Source of the DNA: Macrostomum hystrix | Lineage: Eukaryota; Animalia; Platyhelminthes | DNA: 64,000 nucleotides | Direction: 5' to 3' | NCBI GenBank assembly: GCA_950097015.1 | Contig: CATNEN010000038.1 | Location: forward strand, 10,106,001-10,170,000 | In this document: piece by piece, positions 1-13,978 of the stretch | Layout: the number at the start of each line of letters is the position of its first letter | How positions within the stretch are numbered: position 1 is the stretch's first letter | Notes under the pieces: model-generated | The model's input: the letters and a program-made list of their open reading frames with translations, nothing else | Told to the model about the DNA's origin: nothing | Databases searched by the model: none | Made by a program: the position numbers and the translations under genes

Positions 1-43
1 CATATAGAGAACGCGGCATTACCCAGGCAAAAAATTTGCTTAC

Positions 44-450
44 TCCTCGGAACTGCAGCCTCGCGGCTTTGAAAAAGAATCTTGATACAATCGGAGGTGA
101 AGATGCCTCGCTCCGGTTGAGGACTGGATAATGCTTCCAGATCTTCGGCAATTCGCCACACTTCCCGATGGTTGTTCGGTTCGCGGTGTCTCCAGCAGGT
201 TGCGAGCGCGGTGCATGATGCCTGGATCCCACTAGCGCTGTGCGCGTAACGGATGTGGAGCCTTATCAGTATAGGGGGTGGCTCGGATTTGCTTTACTGT
301 ACGGCACCCTAATCTGTAGCTGCTGTGGTGACGTAAAGCGTGTTTCATTGGTTGCTGATTTTGACGAACAGACTCAAGTTCGAGCACTGGAGTGCTGATC
401 GATCCACAAAGTTTGTGTACTGAAGTGTTCATGGATTGGGACTTATACAT
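44..450 (-). CDS. Probable 5' exons of an uncharacterised gene running off the left edge, divergent from PACS
   Basis: Exon ~450-308 (MYKSQSMNT...SYRL), a 46-nt GT..AG intron 307-262, then exon 261-44 stays open in the joined frame (GLHIRYAHS...AAVPR) and ends at a GTAAGC donor. No family recognised. Confidence 0.35.
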
Positions 451-1613
451 AGGACTGAACACCTTATAGTCTCCCTTTGGGTTGAGACAATTAGACTCTC
501 GAACTTGCAGTCAGATCAAGTCCGATCGCTTTTTGGCTACACCAATAAAAATTATAGCACAGTCCTATAAAAATTACGAAAATGTTAAGGTAAAGTTTAA
601 TTCCCTTCTAGGCAGCAAAACATCAAATAGTTTTCTAACAAACCCTCAATCTGCAAGTAAATTTTTCGCCTCATTTTGCAAGTTTAATTTCCCCTGGGCA
701 ATCACACGCCCGCGCTTGAGGGACACAACTTTTTTTTACACAAAGAAATTTTAAGTTTCAAAGGAAGTTTATAGATTAAATTAAGGAGATTCATATAGCA
801 TTTAGACACTTCTACGCTTCGCCATCTTTCGTTTACGAAAAAAACAGAACATTACAGTTACCCCTTCGTGCCATGCCGAAATGAGTTTATTTTTGCTATT
901 TTCTATTAATTTTGCATTTTTTACTAGACTAATCGAGGCTTAAAAAAAGAAGAACTTAAATAAAATTTAAAGGGCTACTAATTTAGTGGCCAACTGCTTG
1001 TGGTCCTTGTAACCTTATTGCTTGTCAAAAATGTATTTGTTTTACCAAATGGTTACTATAGATTGGAGATTTAAAATTTCTTTGTTTCTAACAAAATCAG
1101 ATAATCGTCAGATCAAGGTCAGTGAGTGAGTGAGCACGTTAAAAAATCATCGCACAAAACATTTATTTATTTTAAAAACCATTTTCAGCTGGCTTTATAA
1201 AGTCTTCTACGCCTATAACTATTAAGTCTCGGAAACTGTTGCGTCAACCTCTGCTTTAGAATTCTGTTGTTAGCAAAGTTATAGCTTGAGTTAAAAACGC
1301 TAGTCTACACTTGTCCTTAGCTGGCTGGATAATTTTAGAATAGATTGGGCAATGTTTTTATATATGTATATTGTATATTCTTTGTATATTTTGCACTGAT
1401 ATTACTAGGATAAGACATATCTTGCTTATAAAACGGTCTAGTACCATATAGCTACTAACTTTCTAACAGCGAATCTTTTGAATTATTAGTTTATCTGAAC
1501 TTGATTCAGTTTTACATTTACTAGCTGTTAATAAATATGCCCAATTTGAATTAAAAACTGTATTGAAATAGAGAAATAAAAATCTGATAAAGTTCTGGCA
1601 CTGAATTAGCTAA

Positions 1614-4600
1614 ATGGCATCAGCAGTAAAGTCAAATTTGTCATCAGATCGCATGTCAGCTTTCTGGGAAAGTGAAAAGTCATCACCTTGTATTATACCA
1701 AGGTAAGGACACGTTAAGATAACTTTCCTAAACAAAAAATATTTCTTTAACAATCAAATACTGGTATTTTCAATGCTAGTTATATGTAATAGTAAACATT
1801 TGTTAAAACAATGCTAATGCGGCATAAGTATGGTTTCATTCATTAAACTCAAATTCGAGCGAAAAAAGATAACTGGCATAACAAGGATAACAGTTAACAT
1901 TGAGAAACGTCAGGATAATGTCCTTTGGGTAGAAGCTACAGCTGAAGCTTTGCAGAAGCTACAGCGGGTACTGTTACGTGATACAGTGCAGGAAGTGCCG
2001 GGAGTGGGGACGCGGGAACTTCGAGGACAATGAGGACAATCGGTGCTGATGGGCGTCCGCCAGCCATATCGATAAGTGTCTGATTTGAATTTGAAATCGC
2101 GCTCCTCACCAGCGCAACTGCCACATCAGCGCCACCGACCATGGGATATATTTTGGCATACATAGACACTGCCACAATATCATTACTGTCGTGATTTTCG
2201 CGAATTTGAGTTTAACAAACGAAACCATACTAATGCCGCTAATGCTTGTATTTTATGTGTAAGTTAATTAGCAATATAGCTAATGCTACTAGTATAATAT
2301 TACCTGATTAGTTATTTTGATTATAGCAATGCTTTAGAGGACATAGAGAGCTAATCTACCTATCAAATATCTAAGATATTTTCTTCCATATGGCTCTTAC
2401 AATGTTATGCTAACAAATCTTTTTGGCCTATTATCTATTTTTTTCCATTTCTAAAGAATACTTTAAAAAACTATTTATTCTGCCTTTATGCTACAGCCAA
2501 GTGTTTACATTATTAATGAGATGCCAAACAATGTTCTTTGCTACCTGAATGACTATAATAATGATTGAATCATGACTACTAGCCAGAATGGTTAGGCCTG
2601 CTGATGCCTGTCCTAAGTGAATTTGATTTCTGTATAAACCTGTAGTGTGCAGGGTGTCAAGTACAAAGGTGAGACTGTAAAAGTAGTTCATGCAAGGCTT
2701 GTGCATATCTAATTCTTAATAGTCTTAAGCATTTCACTAACATTGATTTTCAATCCAGTCTCTAAACTGGATGTACTCACTGCAAATGTTAGATTATCAT
2801 TTTCATTATCATTATCATTATCGATATCATTATCATTTTTGTAATTGCTAATTTTCACACTCTTAACTTAACAGTTGGCATAGCCTACGTGTAGGCACTT
2901 AGGAATAGGTTAGGCTACCAAATTTAAGATGTGTCTCTGCCATGTGTCTAATTGTTTAGACAAATTATTAGCAAGTAGCAATTTGTGCTAATTGATTGTA
3001 CTTACAAAACTGTTTTAAGAAAAAAAGATTTTTCTTTTATATTTTTTATGATTGTTTTTCTGTCCTTTCCAACACATACAGTATCCTGTTGTATCTTTCC
3101 CCTGTCTCATCTCTCTCATATCTCATTTTCCCTATCTCATCTCTCCCCTATCTTATCTCTCCCCTATCTCATATTCCTACACTCAATGCAGCCTGCTGAT
3201 GTCTTTTAGGTTCTCTCTTTGGCCCGCTAGCTAAAAAGTTTGCTGACCCCTGGTCTAGATAAAAAATAATTTGCTCAATCCTAAATCCCCCCAACCAGAG
3301 TGCTGCTAATCCGCATTGATCGCATGTGCGTCTATGCCAACAATGGAGACGAGTGCGGCCCGGTCTATTTGGCCATCCGCATGCAGGCTGGCAGTCGCAG
3401 GACTCTCCGATCTCAGCAGATCACAGTGCCAGAACGGGGCCTAGTGTTCGAGCATCCAATCACCGTCGAGATTCAATATCCGCATGCTATCAAACGCGAT
3501 AATCCCCTGCTAATCATGCTTCAGCGCAGAAAGAAATACAAAAATCTTGGATTTAAGACTATCGGCCTTGCTCAGGTGAGTGAGATTTTGTTCGATAATA
3601 TTGTCCATACAAACGATTTTATATTCATTAAAGTCAGTTCCTAAAGCTTGGGATTTCAGTCGAGAGAGGTCACGAGTTCGAATCGCAACTCAAATGAAAC
3701 TCCTTATTCCCCCCTTGCTTCAGTTCACTAAGCTGTAAAATATGTTCATTACCTTGATTCACAGATTACTACACAATAATTCATCCACCTGTCAATCAGG
3801 TAAATTTGTCCGACGTGCTGCAGTGTCGCTTGCTTCAGCACCGGCTAGACCTGTTGCCCAGCTCGAGCAGCAAAGCCGACCAATCGAACGCGTCGGCTTC
3901 TGCTGGCAAGTCTCTATCGTCAGCTGCCGCGGCGGCGGCTGCCGCATCTGCGGCCGCTAGTCGCCGTCCAGTGGGCTTCCTGCACGTCGCCCGCCTCGAG
4001 ACTCTGCCGCCGCCGCGCGATCTGGCCGCCTGCAGGAAGGAATTTGCCGTGGCCGCCGGCGCATCGGCCAGGTGGAGTGGCGGCGTCGGCGCCACTGACG
4101 ACGACGGCGCCGGCATCAGCGACGAAGAGGAGACCGACCCAGTAGTCGACGACGACGAAGAGGAAGAGAAGATTAAGAAGGATGTCTTCATTAAGGTAAC
4201 TCGCGTGCTTTGTAGCGCAAATATTATTTTTTTCTATATATTCAAAATTAAAAATCGTTATTTTTTTGCTTCAGCCCAAGGAGTGGCGTCAAAAGTTTAA
4301 ACTGTTTATGGACGAAAATTTTTCTACAATTTTGAAATCCAAGAAACTGAAGGGTGGACAACAGTTTGAGGTAAGTTTTTATTATTATTTCTTAGAAACT
4401 AAGTGACTAATTCTTAGAAAGAAGGTTTTAATGACCGATTCTTAGATAAAAAAGTTCAGTTAGCGATTCTAAAAGAACTGAATGAAGGACTGATTCTAAG
4501 AATGAAAACTGTTGATAGCCCAATTCTAAGAGCTGAAGGTGTTAAATGTCCGATTCTAAGAATTGAATGTAATTCTGGGGTAATAGTAACGGCTATGTTG

Positions 4601-7600
4601 TGGGCTGCACATCTGGACCAATTGGGGCGCGAGTACTCAATTATCATTGGAGCATTAAATTATCATTAAAATCATAAAGTAGAGCTGAAAACTAAAGAAA
4701 TTTGTTTCCAAGAAATTGAAATGTTTTCTTTAACGGCCGCTGTTGCTGGTTAAATATCAGCAATTTTCTCGAGTCACTTTTCTTTTATAATTTATTCGCT
4801 TTTGCTAAAGCTTCAGTAGAAATTCTCTTATTTACATTCTCAGGCGAGCCTGGTGCGTTTTTGGCTTGGAGCATTTAGGACTGAGTAGATCTTTCGCTGG
4901 TGTTTTAGAGTGCGTTGTGTGTACTTTTACGTCTTGTCTCTCCTATACTCGTAGTCACTGCCGGAAGTGCCTTCTCTCTAGGCTAATCTTTCATTTCATT
5001 TTTTCCATAAGCACGCATTTTACCTCTCTCTTAGATTAGAAAATTTCATGTGGTCGACTATTTCATTTGTTCTTGTGCAATCAACTTGTACTTTTAGAAC
5101 AGAAGTACTATTTACTTAGATACGTAAATTATGACGAATATATATTTTACAGAATCATGGAATCTGAATCCTTCAGATGGAATCTGAATCCTTCAGATGG
5201 AATCTGAATCCTTCAGATGGAATCTGAATCCTTCAGATGGAATCTGAATCCTTCAGATGGAATCTGAATCCTTCAGATGGAATCTGAATCCTTCAGATGG
5301 AATCTGTATCCTTCAGATGGAATCTGAATCCTTCAGATGGAATCTGAATCCTTCAGATGGAATCTGAATCCTTAGAGAACCTCAAGACTCTATTGCTGTG
5401 TTGGTTGTGTCGGTTCTTCAGGAAATAATTGAATTAGGTCCGGCAAGCCTAGCTAATTTCTCATAGTCGTCCGTGAGGCCTTGCCGAGTGAAAATTGTAT
5501 TAAGAACCATAAATTACTATTGCTACGAGTGCATGAATAAGGCTTGAAAACCGAAGGACGGACTAAAGAAGTGAGGGATTACGAGCGTGTATTAGCCTCG
5601 AATTCTTGTCCGGGTCCGTGTAACTCTGCAGAAATGACATTCTCAACCTCTCTCATTCTCTGTCTCTCGTTCCTTACCCGAAGACTCACTTTGAGTCTTT
5701 AACAGAAACGAGGCTCAAAGCTTTGCACAGTGTCTGCAGTGATTTTTTTCAATCTTCCTTTCCGCTTCTATCGATCGATAATTTCTCCTGTCCTTCCTGC
5801 TCTAAATGATCAATTCAAAGACATATTCCTCTTTCTTTGAAGATTAAGATTATATGCCAGCTATATTAGAGAAAATACACATATAATTAGCGCTGACATC
5901 ATGCCTTTAAACAGCAAAAAATGATTTTGATCTTCTTTTTTGGGAAAGATAAGGGTTTTAGCTTTAGGTCTTTCTGTGACTGACGCTTTTTACTTTTCTA
6001 GGCAACATTCTAATTAGTCATTAGCGCCTTAATGTGGCTTTTCCTAGTTTTCTCGTCAGCTTTGTTTGAGATTTCTTGTCAAAGAAATCGTTTTTAAGTA
6101 GTGGAAGGCGATCTATTGGATAATCAGCCTAGATTATTTATAATAACCAAGGGAATTGACAATTATCTGATTTGAATTGATAATCATCTGATTTGAATTG
6201 ATAATCATCTGATTTGAATTGATAATCATCTGATTTGAATTGATAATCATCTGATTTGAATTGATAATCATCTGATTTGAATTGATAATCATCTGATTTG
6301 AATTGATAATCATCTGATTTGAATTGATAATCATCTGATTTGAATTGATAATCATCTGATTTGAATTGATAATCATCTGATGAAAAACGATAATCATCAG
6401 ATGGAAAATGATAATCAGCTGATGGAAACAGATAATCAGCTGATGGATAATTTAAATCATCTGATGGAAAATGATGATCAGCTGATGGAAAATTATAATC
6501 ATCAGATGGAAAATAATAATCAGCTGATGGAAAATTAAAATCATCTGAATGAAAATGGTAATAATCTGATGGAAAATTATAATCATCTGATGGAAAACGA
6601 CAATCATCTAATAGAAAATTATAATCATCAGATGGAAAATAATAATCGTCTGATGGGAAATCACAAGCTGGTCTTATTTGTCTGTCAACTCTCCCCCTCC
6701 ACTGTGTTGTCCAGCTTGACTTTCAACCGGAGCTGCAGAACGAGTCGCTGTGGGCGGATCTGGACGACGCCGAGCCGGACTCCGATTCCAGCCTGGACGA
6801 CGACGACGAGCTCAGCGTCCAGTCGACGCCGAAGCCAAGTCTGCGCCGATATTTCGGCTCTCAGGCGTCCGACTGCGGTCAACCTTTGGCTTCAGGTGGC
6901 GCCGCTGCTGGCGGAACTGGCGGAGGTCAGCAAAAGCAGCAGCAGCAGCAGCCCATACAGTACCTGCAGCAGCAGCAGTATCCCTATTATAATCCAGCTC
7001 ATTATCGACGAACAGTTGCCGATGAAAGTGACTCCTTCGAGGAGCCGCCGATGCCGAATTTGCTAAATCCGCAGCATCAGCAGCAGCAGCCGCACCCGCT
7101 GCCGCAGCAGCAGCCGCACCCGCTGTCGCAGCAGCAGCCACCGTCGCTGCCTCAGTCGTTGCCAACAGCAACTTCCACGGCCCGCTCTTCAACCCTGCTG
7201 CCACTGGACAATCCGCTCACTGATGTAAGTGTTGTGTTGAATTTAAAGTCTGCACAAAGTATTACACTTTAATCATGACTAACGATTTCAAATCCTGAAA
7301 ATTGATCCCAAAAGTATGATCCCAAATTTTCTTAAGTTATCCTAAATCATCTGTAACGACCCAAAATCCTCAGGAACAGTCCCAAATCCCCAGAAACGAT
7401 CCCAAATCCTCTTGAACGATTCTAAATCATCATAAACGATCCCAATTCCTGAGGAACAATCCCAAAACCTCATGAACGATTCTAAATCTTCAGAAACGAT
7501 CCTTAATAACATCCCTAATCCTCAGTAACGATCCTAAATCCTCAGAAACGATCCTCAATAACGATCCTAAATCCTATCCTAAATCCTATATCCTATCTAA

Positions 7601-10600
7601 ATCCTATCCTAATCCTATCCGATCCTAAATAAGGAACGATCCCAAATCCTCAGGAACAATCCCAAATCCTCAGGATCGATTCCAAATCCTCAGGAACAAT
7701 CCCAAATCCTCAGGATCGATTCCAAATCCACAGGAACGATCCCAAATTCTCAGGAACAATCCATAATCCTAAGGAACGATACCAAATCCTCAGGAACGAT
7801 CCCAAATCCTAAGGAACGATCCCAAATTCTCAGGAACACTCCCTAATCCTAAGGAACGATCCCAAATCCTCAGGAACGATCCCAAATCCTCAGGAACGAT
7901 CCCTAATCCTAAGGAACAATCCCAAATTCTCAGGAACACTCCCTAATCCTAAGGAACGATCCCAAATCCTCAGGAACGATCCCAAATCCTCAGGAACGAT
8001 CCCTAATCCTAACGAGCGATCCTTAATCCTCAAGAACGATCCCAAATCCACTGGAACGATCCCTAATCCTCAGGAACGATTTCAAATCATCAGGAACGAT
8101 AATAAGTCTTTAAAATTTTCCTAAATCCTCGAAGATCAATCCCAAATGATTAAAAGTGATGCCATCTAATATTCAGTTTGGGGCCCTACATTATCAGAAT
8201 GAATCCTTAAGTGTGTAGAGATCCACAGTCTGAATCCACAGTAAGCAATTCCTGACTGTATGTTTAGATCCATAGAAATGAGAAATATCACTTTAAACAA
8301 CATTGTGCTAATTTACGAAACCACTGACCGTAAGTTCTATTATTACGATTTTTTGCTTTTTACACCTGTCTTCTGTCAACTGCCTGTATTTTAGTAATAT
8401 CCTAATTAACACTGGCTACAGCAACTCTGCACAACCTGGCTTTATTAGCCCAGGATAACTTAATAACAATTCCCGCTTTATTTTGATAGCACCAGTTTTT
8501 TGGTCATTGTCACACTTCTTTGCGAAATTAAAGCGGAATTCCAGTGTTTTAGTTGTTTTGGTATCTTTTTTTTTCAGAACAAAATTCCGTTTCCTTGATT
8601 TTAATTCAAGAGGAAAAATATTAAAGTGTTTTGAATCCAGCGTTCTCTCTTTTATATAGACTTTTTGTGGCTTATTCTGGTAATCATGCACCAAAATCTT
8701 GACCGCAATTACTTTTTTGGTTTTTGGTCAAAAGACAGTTAGAATCTTACCTGATTCTAAATTGCTAAATCGTAGCAGATTCATTGGAATCGTAGCAGAT
8801 TTATATTGGAATCGTAGCAGATTTATGTTGGAATCGTAGCAGATTTATGTTGGAATCGTAGCAGATTTATGTTGGAATCGTAGCAGATTTATGTTGGAAT
8901 CGTAGCAGATTAATGTTGGAATCGTAGCAGATTTGTATTGGAATCGTAGCAGATTTATATTGGAATCATAGCAGATTTATATTGGAATCGTAGCAGATTT
9001 ATATTGGAATCATAGCAGATTTATATTGGAATCGTAGCAGATTTGTATTGGAATCGTAGCAGATTTATATTTCAGAATGAAGCTGTTCTGGTGAATTTGA
9101 CATAAGGAATCGCAGTAGTTAGAATCGAAGCGAGAAATAGTTGGAATCATAGCGGAAGCTGCATAGAATTTATACTCATTGTCGATTCCTTAACATTTAA
9201 CAGATTTTAAAATCATTACTACTAGTAGTATGCTGGTGCCACATTCAGTGCAAATGACGGGGCGATACTTTTTTAAGGATCAGCAGCTGCAGCGTCGCCC
9301 GTCGCCTAATCTCATTGACTATTTCCTTCTCGCTCTCAGACTGCAGCCGTTGGTCATAGGACCGATGCCATTGTGGCATCCTCTAGCACCGCATCTCAGC
9401 ATCAGAACCCGCAATATTTGGCGCCTCAGAAGCTGCCTCGGCGACTGTCTTGTATTGCTTCTTCCCCAGCAATGAGCGTTGTAGGTTTTTTAGCGTTTCG
9501 ATGCCTCTGTCGCGTTGCATATTTGAATCGAAAATCTGTGAAAAGTACTAACGAATTTTAATTTGCTAGTTACTAAAATGATTGTGTCAAACTATAATGT
9601 TACCCTTATTTTAGGGTGTTATACAACCGCCTATCTTTCACCATCTTTCCAACTACAAGGACTGAAGCAACCCCACTTTCTCTCTGTGAAATTTTGTTTA
9701 GACTACGGCTCTTTCTCCACCCATCTCATATCCCTCTCTGAGAAATTTCGCCCCTGTTACCACCCACCCCACCTCCCCGAGCGAAATTCTGTCCCTCTCT
9801 TCACCCACCCCAACTTTTACAGTGAAATTTCATCGCTTTCTTCACCCACCCCACCTCCTTCCAGACAACTTCTGTCCCTCTCTCCACCCACCCCACCTTT
9901 TCCCAGTGAAATTTCATCGCTTTCTTCACCCACCTCACCTCCTCTCAGACAAATTCCGTCTCTTTCCTCGACCGCCCCAAGTCGTCCCGTAAATTGCTTG
10001 GAGCTTTGTACATATACGCTCGTTTATATCAAAGCATGTTTTAATCACTATTGATTTCTAATGCTACATAATCATAATTAGGCGCTTCATTGGTCGTAAT
10101 TTGATTTGTTCGATTGGCATCTACTCCGATTTGGCATGCAACAAATATATAAGTAATTTGCTTCCGTGGACTTATTTTTACTTAGCTATCATTTCTGCAT
10201 TTTTTAATTACATGTAAATTAACAGACTTACTTTAAATTTTGCTCGTGACTGGTATGTTACTTATTTGGTGGCACGGTTTTTTATATAAAAACGCTTTTT
10301 TTAATCGTGCACATTACTACTCATTATTTGTTTGATGAGCCTTTCATATAATATTTTATTTATTTAGCGAAATTCTTTCTCATTCATACCAGCCGCGGAA
10401 AGAGTGCATGGAGGCGGTGCACCGTCTGCAGAGTGAGCCTCTGCCTGAGAGGCTCTGCATTGTCTGCACCGCTGAGGCTGGAGGACGGGTGAGAGCTGCT
10501 GTTTTCTGTTGCACTTCTGATGACCACCCGATTCGCATGCATCTGAATTTGCTTGAATTATTTACGTCTTTTTTATTTTAGATAAAATCCCTCCCTCTGC

Positions 10601-13412
10601 ACCCACCTCACCTCCACTTGCTAAACACTCGTCCCTCTGCACCCACCTCACCTCCACTTGCTAAACTCTCGTCCCTCTGCACCCACCTCACCTCCACTTG
10701 CTAAACTCTCGTCCCTCTGCACCCACCTCACCTCCACTTGCTAAACTCTCGTCCCTCTGCACCCACCTCACCTCCAATCGCTAGACTCTCGTCCCACTTC
10801 ACCTGCACTCACCTCACCTCTATTTGCCAATATCTCGTCTGTCTGCGCCAACCTCACTCTACTCCTAATTTAATAACAAAGACCATACCACAAGAGAGCA
10901 AACTCTGCCACGTGCTCACAGGCCCTGCTGGAGGCTCTCCAGTCCGAAGCTGGTCTTCCCTGTGTACCCACGGCTTCTCCTGCCGACTGTCGCCACGCCA
11001 TCGGTCACGTCGCAGCCGCATTGGCTCAGACGCCCAATCCCATTGGCCGAGCTGCCGCGCCGCCGCCACCGGCGCTCCATCGAATCTGCCTGCTCGGCTC
11101 CGACCAGCACGCCAACGCCGTCCTGCGCGCCTACGTTGATCACTTCGGCTCTAGGCCGCCTGGCTGGCAGTCCCGAGTTCGATTCCACTACGTTCCCCTG
11201 CCAAGCGGCTCGACCGCCTGCGCCCAACTCGGGCGCCACTTGGCCGCCTGCGACCCGGCCTACGCCAAGCTGTTCTTCGCCGACGACTGGCGCGACTGTC
11301 CACCTGGCGAGGCGGCCAGGCGAGTTCGACGATACCTGACGGGTGCCAGCGGACTCCTTGGCCTGCCAATCGGCGAAGTCATGCTTGCCACCGGACTGCG
11401 CCACGCCGAGTCCGCGGACTGCTCCGATGTCACAACGCCCCAGCAGCAGCAACAGCAGCATCAACAGCAGCAGCAGCAGCAGCAACAACAACAGCAACAA
11501 ACGTCGGCATCGACTGCGTCATCTGCTGCAGCTGCGACGTCGGCTGCATCGGCTTCGGCTTCTTCGTCTGGCGGTACTAGCGATGGCGCCGGTAGCTCCG
11601 TCGCCGCCGCCGACGACATCGTCGACTCGACAAGCGGCTTCTCTTCCTGCCCGCTTGGCGCCCAAACTTTTGTGCCCTTCATCGTCGGCGTCCGCATCGG
11701 GCTGGCCGATCATCCCGACAGCGACGGCGAGCAGCAGGGCCATCATCTGCACCATCATCACCATCACCATCTCCTGCAGACATCGCCAGCCGGTCTGCTG
11801 CATCACGGCTCCTCAACGCCGCCGCAGAGTCCCAATCTCAACACTGACGGCGTCGGCGGTGGCAGCGCGTCCAGCTCCAGCGGCGACTTTGTCGACCTTC
11901 AATTGGACTATTGGACTTCGGGCAACGAGCGCAAGACTGCTCTGAAGCCTGCCTTTCGCGCTCTGCACATCAGCCGCCTGGTGCCGCCCTCCAGCAGTGC
12001 CTCGATTGAAGATTCCGGCACCGCTAACAAAGGCTCCACACTCGGCAGTGGCGGTGGCGGCGGCGGCTTTGTCGCGAAGAGCCTGGTTATGACTGTCGTC
12101 AACCGAGAAAAGAAACAGAAAAGTGAGTTTTAGGATTTTCGATTCAAAATTTTAACCACTGCCAGAGCCGCTGGAAAATCATCACCGAGAAAAGCGTCTA
12201 TAATCGTTGCTAGAATCACCTAGGAATCGTAGCTAGATAAGTCCTTGGAATCGTAGCTAGGTTAGTCCTAGGAATCGTAGCTAGATTAATCCTAGGAATC
12301 GTAGCTAGATTAATCCTTGGAATCGTAGCTAGATTAATCCTTGGAATCGTAGCTAGATTAATCCTTGGAATCGTAGCTAGGTTAGTCCTAGGAATCGTTG
12401 CTAGAATCACCTAGGAATCGTAGCTAGATAAGTCCTTGGAATCGTAGCTAGGTTAGTCCTAGGAATCGTAGCTAGATTAATCCTAGGAATCGTAGCTAGA
12501 TTAATCCTTGGAATCGTAGCTAGATTAATCCTTGGAATCGTAGCTAGATTAATCCTTGGAATCGTAGCTAGATTAATCCTTGGAATCGTAGCTAAAACCG
12601 CAATAGCTAGCTTCTATTAAAAATTGTAGGCCCTTAAAAGTAAATATAATTTGGCATTGCATTGTACCCAAATTTTCCGACATTTCAGTTATGCGACTTG
12701 GCAAGAAAGCCAAGGAGACGGAGGGCAAACGGGAGGTTGTTGAAAATCTGTCCAGATTGATCTGCACCAGCAAGAGTCAGAGCCATCCGATGAAGGGTGA
12801 GACAGACCTTGGTGCATTTTTTTAATTTTATTATCAATTTGCTTAAGATACAAGTATTTTAAAGGGGGTCGGTGGCAGAGCGGTTAACGCGTTTGCCTCT
12901 CGCACCAAGGTCCCTATAAGTTCGATTCCACGGCGAGGCCATATTTATTTGGGGCGCAGCCGCGGAGAGAAGGCTTGGGGGCTTGTCGTGAAATTCACGC
13001 CCCTGAGGGCCAACCTCCAAGGCACAGTGAGAGTGTACACTGCCTGACGATGAGAAAGTCAGGGCAGATGTACACACCTGTGTGAGCGTGTGCCTGCGTA
13101 CAGTATCTGGGTGTGTGTGTGCTCAGGAGTCAGCGAAATGGGCAGAATTGCCTCCTCGCTGGCTGCGGGTCTAGTGTTACCAAATGATTACTTTTATTAT
13201 TATTATTAAGATATTTTAATGTTAGCGCTAATGTAACGATTCATGGATAATCGTTACTTTTTTCTTGACTGAAATTTTCTTTCTGAAATCTTTCAGTTGT
13301 CGTTGACGGAGTTGACTGGTCCGGTGTGAAGTTTTTCCAGCTCTCCTCCCAGTGGCAGACCAACGTGAAACAGATGCCCATAGCTGTGTTCCAAGCTGGC
13401 AAATCCGGCTGA
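1614..13412 (+). CDS. PACS: Phosphofurin acidic cluster sorting protein (PACS1/PACS2 family), 10 exons
   Basis: Exons 1614-1702, 3299-3575, 3800-4195, 4275-4370, 6715-7224, 9340-9480 (possible cassette), 10393-10488, 10922-12122, 12689-12796, 13297-13412, all with GT/AG ends and consistent phase. PACS motifs: AFWESEKSSPCIIPR; RTLRS..IQYPHAIKR..LIMLQRRKKYK.LGFKT; VNLSDVLQ; QSTPKPSLRRYF; FVPFIVGVRIG; DLQLDYW; SRLICTSK; VDGVDWSGVKFFQLSSQWQTNVK. Confidence 0.93.
1821..2237. mobile_element. Non-autonomous TIR element (MITE) in PACS intron 1, Merlin-like
   Basis: ~45-bp imperfect TIRs (ggcataagtatggtttc...aaactcaaattcg / cgaatttgagttt...gaaaccatactaatgcc) and an 8-bp TSD gctaatgc at 1813-1820 and 2238-2245. 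GG termini with an 8-bp TSD fit Merlin. Confidence 0.75.
3221..3260. mobile_element. hAT (Charlie-like) transposon terminus fragment
   Basis: ggcccgc...aaaaagtttgctgacccctg followed by gtctagat resembles a CAGGGGTCRGCAAAC-type TIR next to an NTCTAGAN target. Other end not found. Confidence 0.4.
5157..5372. repeat. Minisatellite, 20-bp unit atggaatctgaatccttcag (~11 copies)
   Basis: Direct tandem copies in PACS intron 4. Confidence 0.95.
6160..6660. repeat. Minisatellite, 21-bp unit gataatcatctgatttgaatt, diverging toward the 3' end
   Basis: Tandem copies ending ~50 bp before the PACS exon 5 acceptor. Confidence 0.93.
7280..8100. repeat. Minisatellite, 20-bp unit gaacgatcccaaatcctcag
   Basis: Tandem copies just after the exon 5 donor. 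Confidence 0.93.
8768..9071. repeat. Minisatellite, 22-bp unit ggaatcgtagcagatttatatt
   Basis: Tandem copies. Confidence 0.95.
10590..10820. repeat. Minisatellite, 40-bp unit ctaaactctcgtccctctgcacccacctcacctccacttg
   Basis: ~5 tandem copies in PACS intron 7. Confidence 0.9.
12200..12594. repeat. Minisatellite, 24-bp unit ggaatcgtagctagattaatcctt
   Basis: Tandem copies in PACS intron 8. Confidence 0.95.
12864..13208 (+). mobile_element. tRNA-derived SINE, family 2
   Basis: A-box tggcagagcgg, B-box agttcgattcc and an (ATT)n tail. A homologous copy lies on the - strand at 56815-57086. Confidence 0.8.
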
Positions 13413-13659
13413 GTTAACGATTTTGGTTGCTATGGAAAACTTCGTGAATTTATTTGCGTGTAAATTTTTCTATTTCTCTTGCAGATTATACTAAGTTAGC
13501 TTTGTTGCTGTGACTGTTTTCCCGACTAAATTGTCGTGTTTGTAGAGTGTTAAAATATCGTTGCTACGGATATGGAAGCATTATCAATTAAGCTACCGTT
13601 GCTATGAAAGCTTTCTTGTCCTGACTTCCGTTGCCATGGTGATTTTCTTGTCCTGAATA

Positions 13660-13978
13660 CGGTAGTTTTCACGACTGAATCACCGTTGCTATGGTAGTTT
13701 CACGACCGAATCACCGTTGCTATGGTAGTTTCACGACCGAATCACCGTTGCTATGGTAGTTTCACGACCGAATCACCGTTGCTATGGTAGTTTCCATGAC
13801 TGAATCACCGTTGCTATGGTAGTTTCACGACCGAATCACCGTTGCTATGGTAGTTTCCATGACTGAATCACCGTTGCTATGGTAGTTTCCATGACTGAAT
13901 CACCGTTGCTATGGTAGTTTCACGACTGAATCACCGTTGCTATGGTAGTTTCCATGACTGAATCACCGTTGCTATGGT
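13660..13978. repeat. Minisatellite, ~31-bp unit gaatcaccgttgctatggtagtttcacgacc, in the PACS 3' region
   Basis: ~10 tandem copies. Confidence 0.93.

Noticed and set aside
13040-13075. Hammerhead ribozyme core (CTGACGA..GAAA) in SINE family 2
   Set aside because: Only 3 nt separate the motifs, too few for stem II, and the second copy reads CTGACCA.
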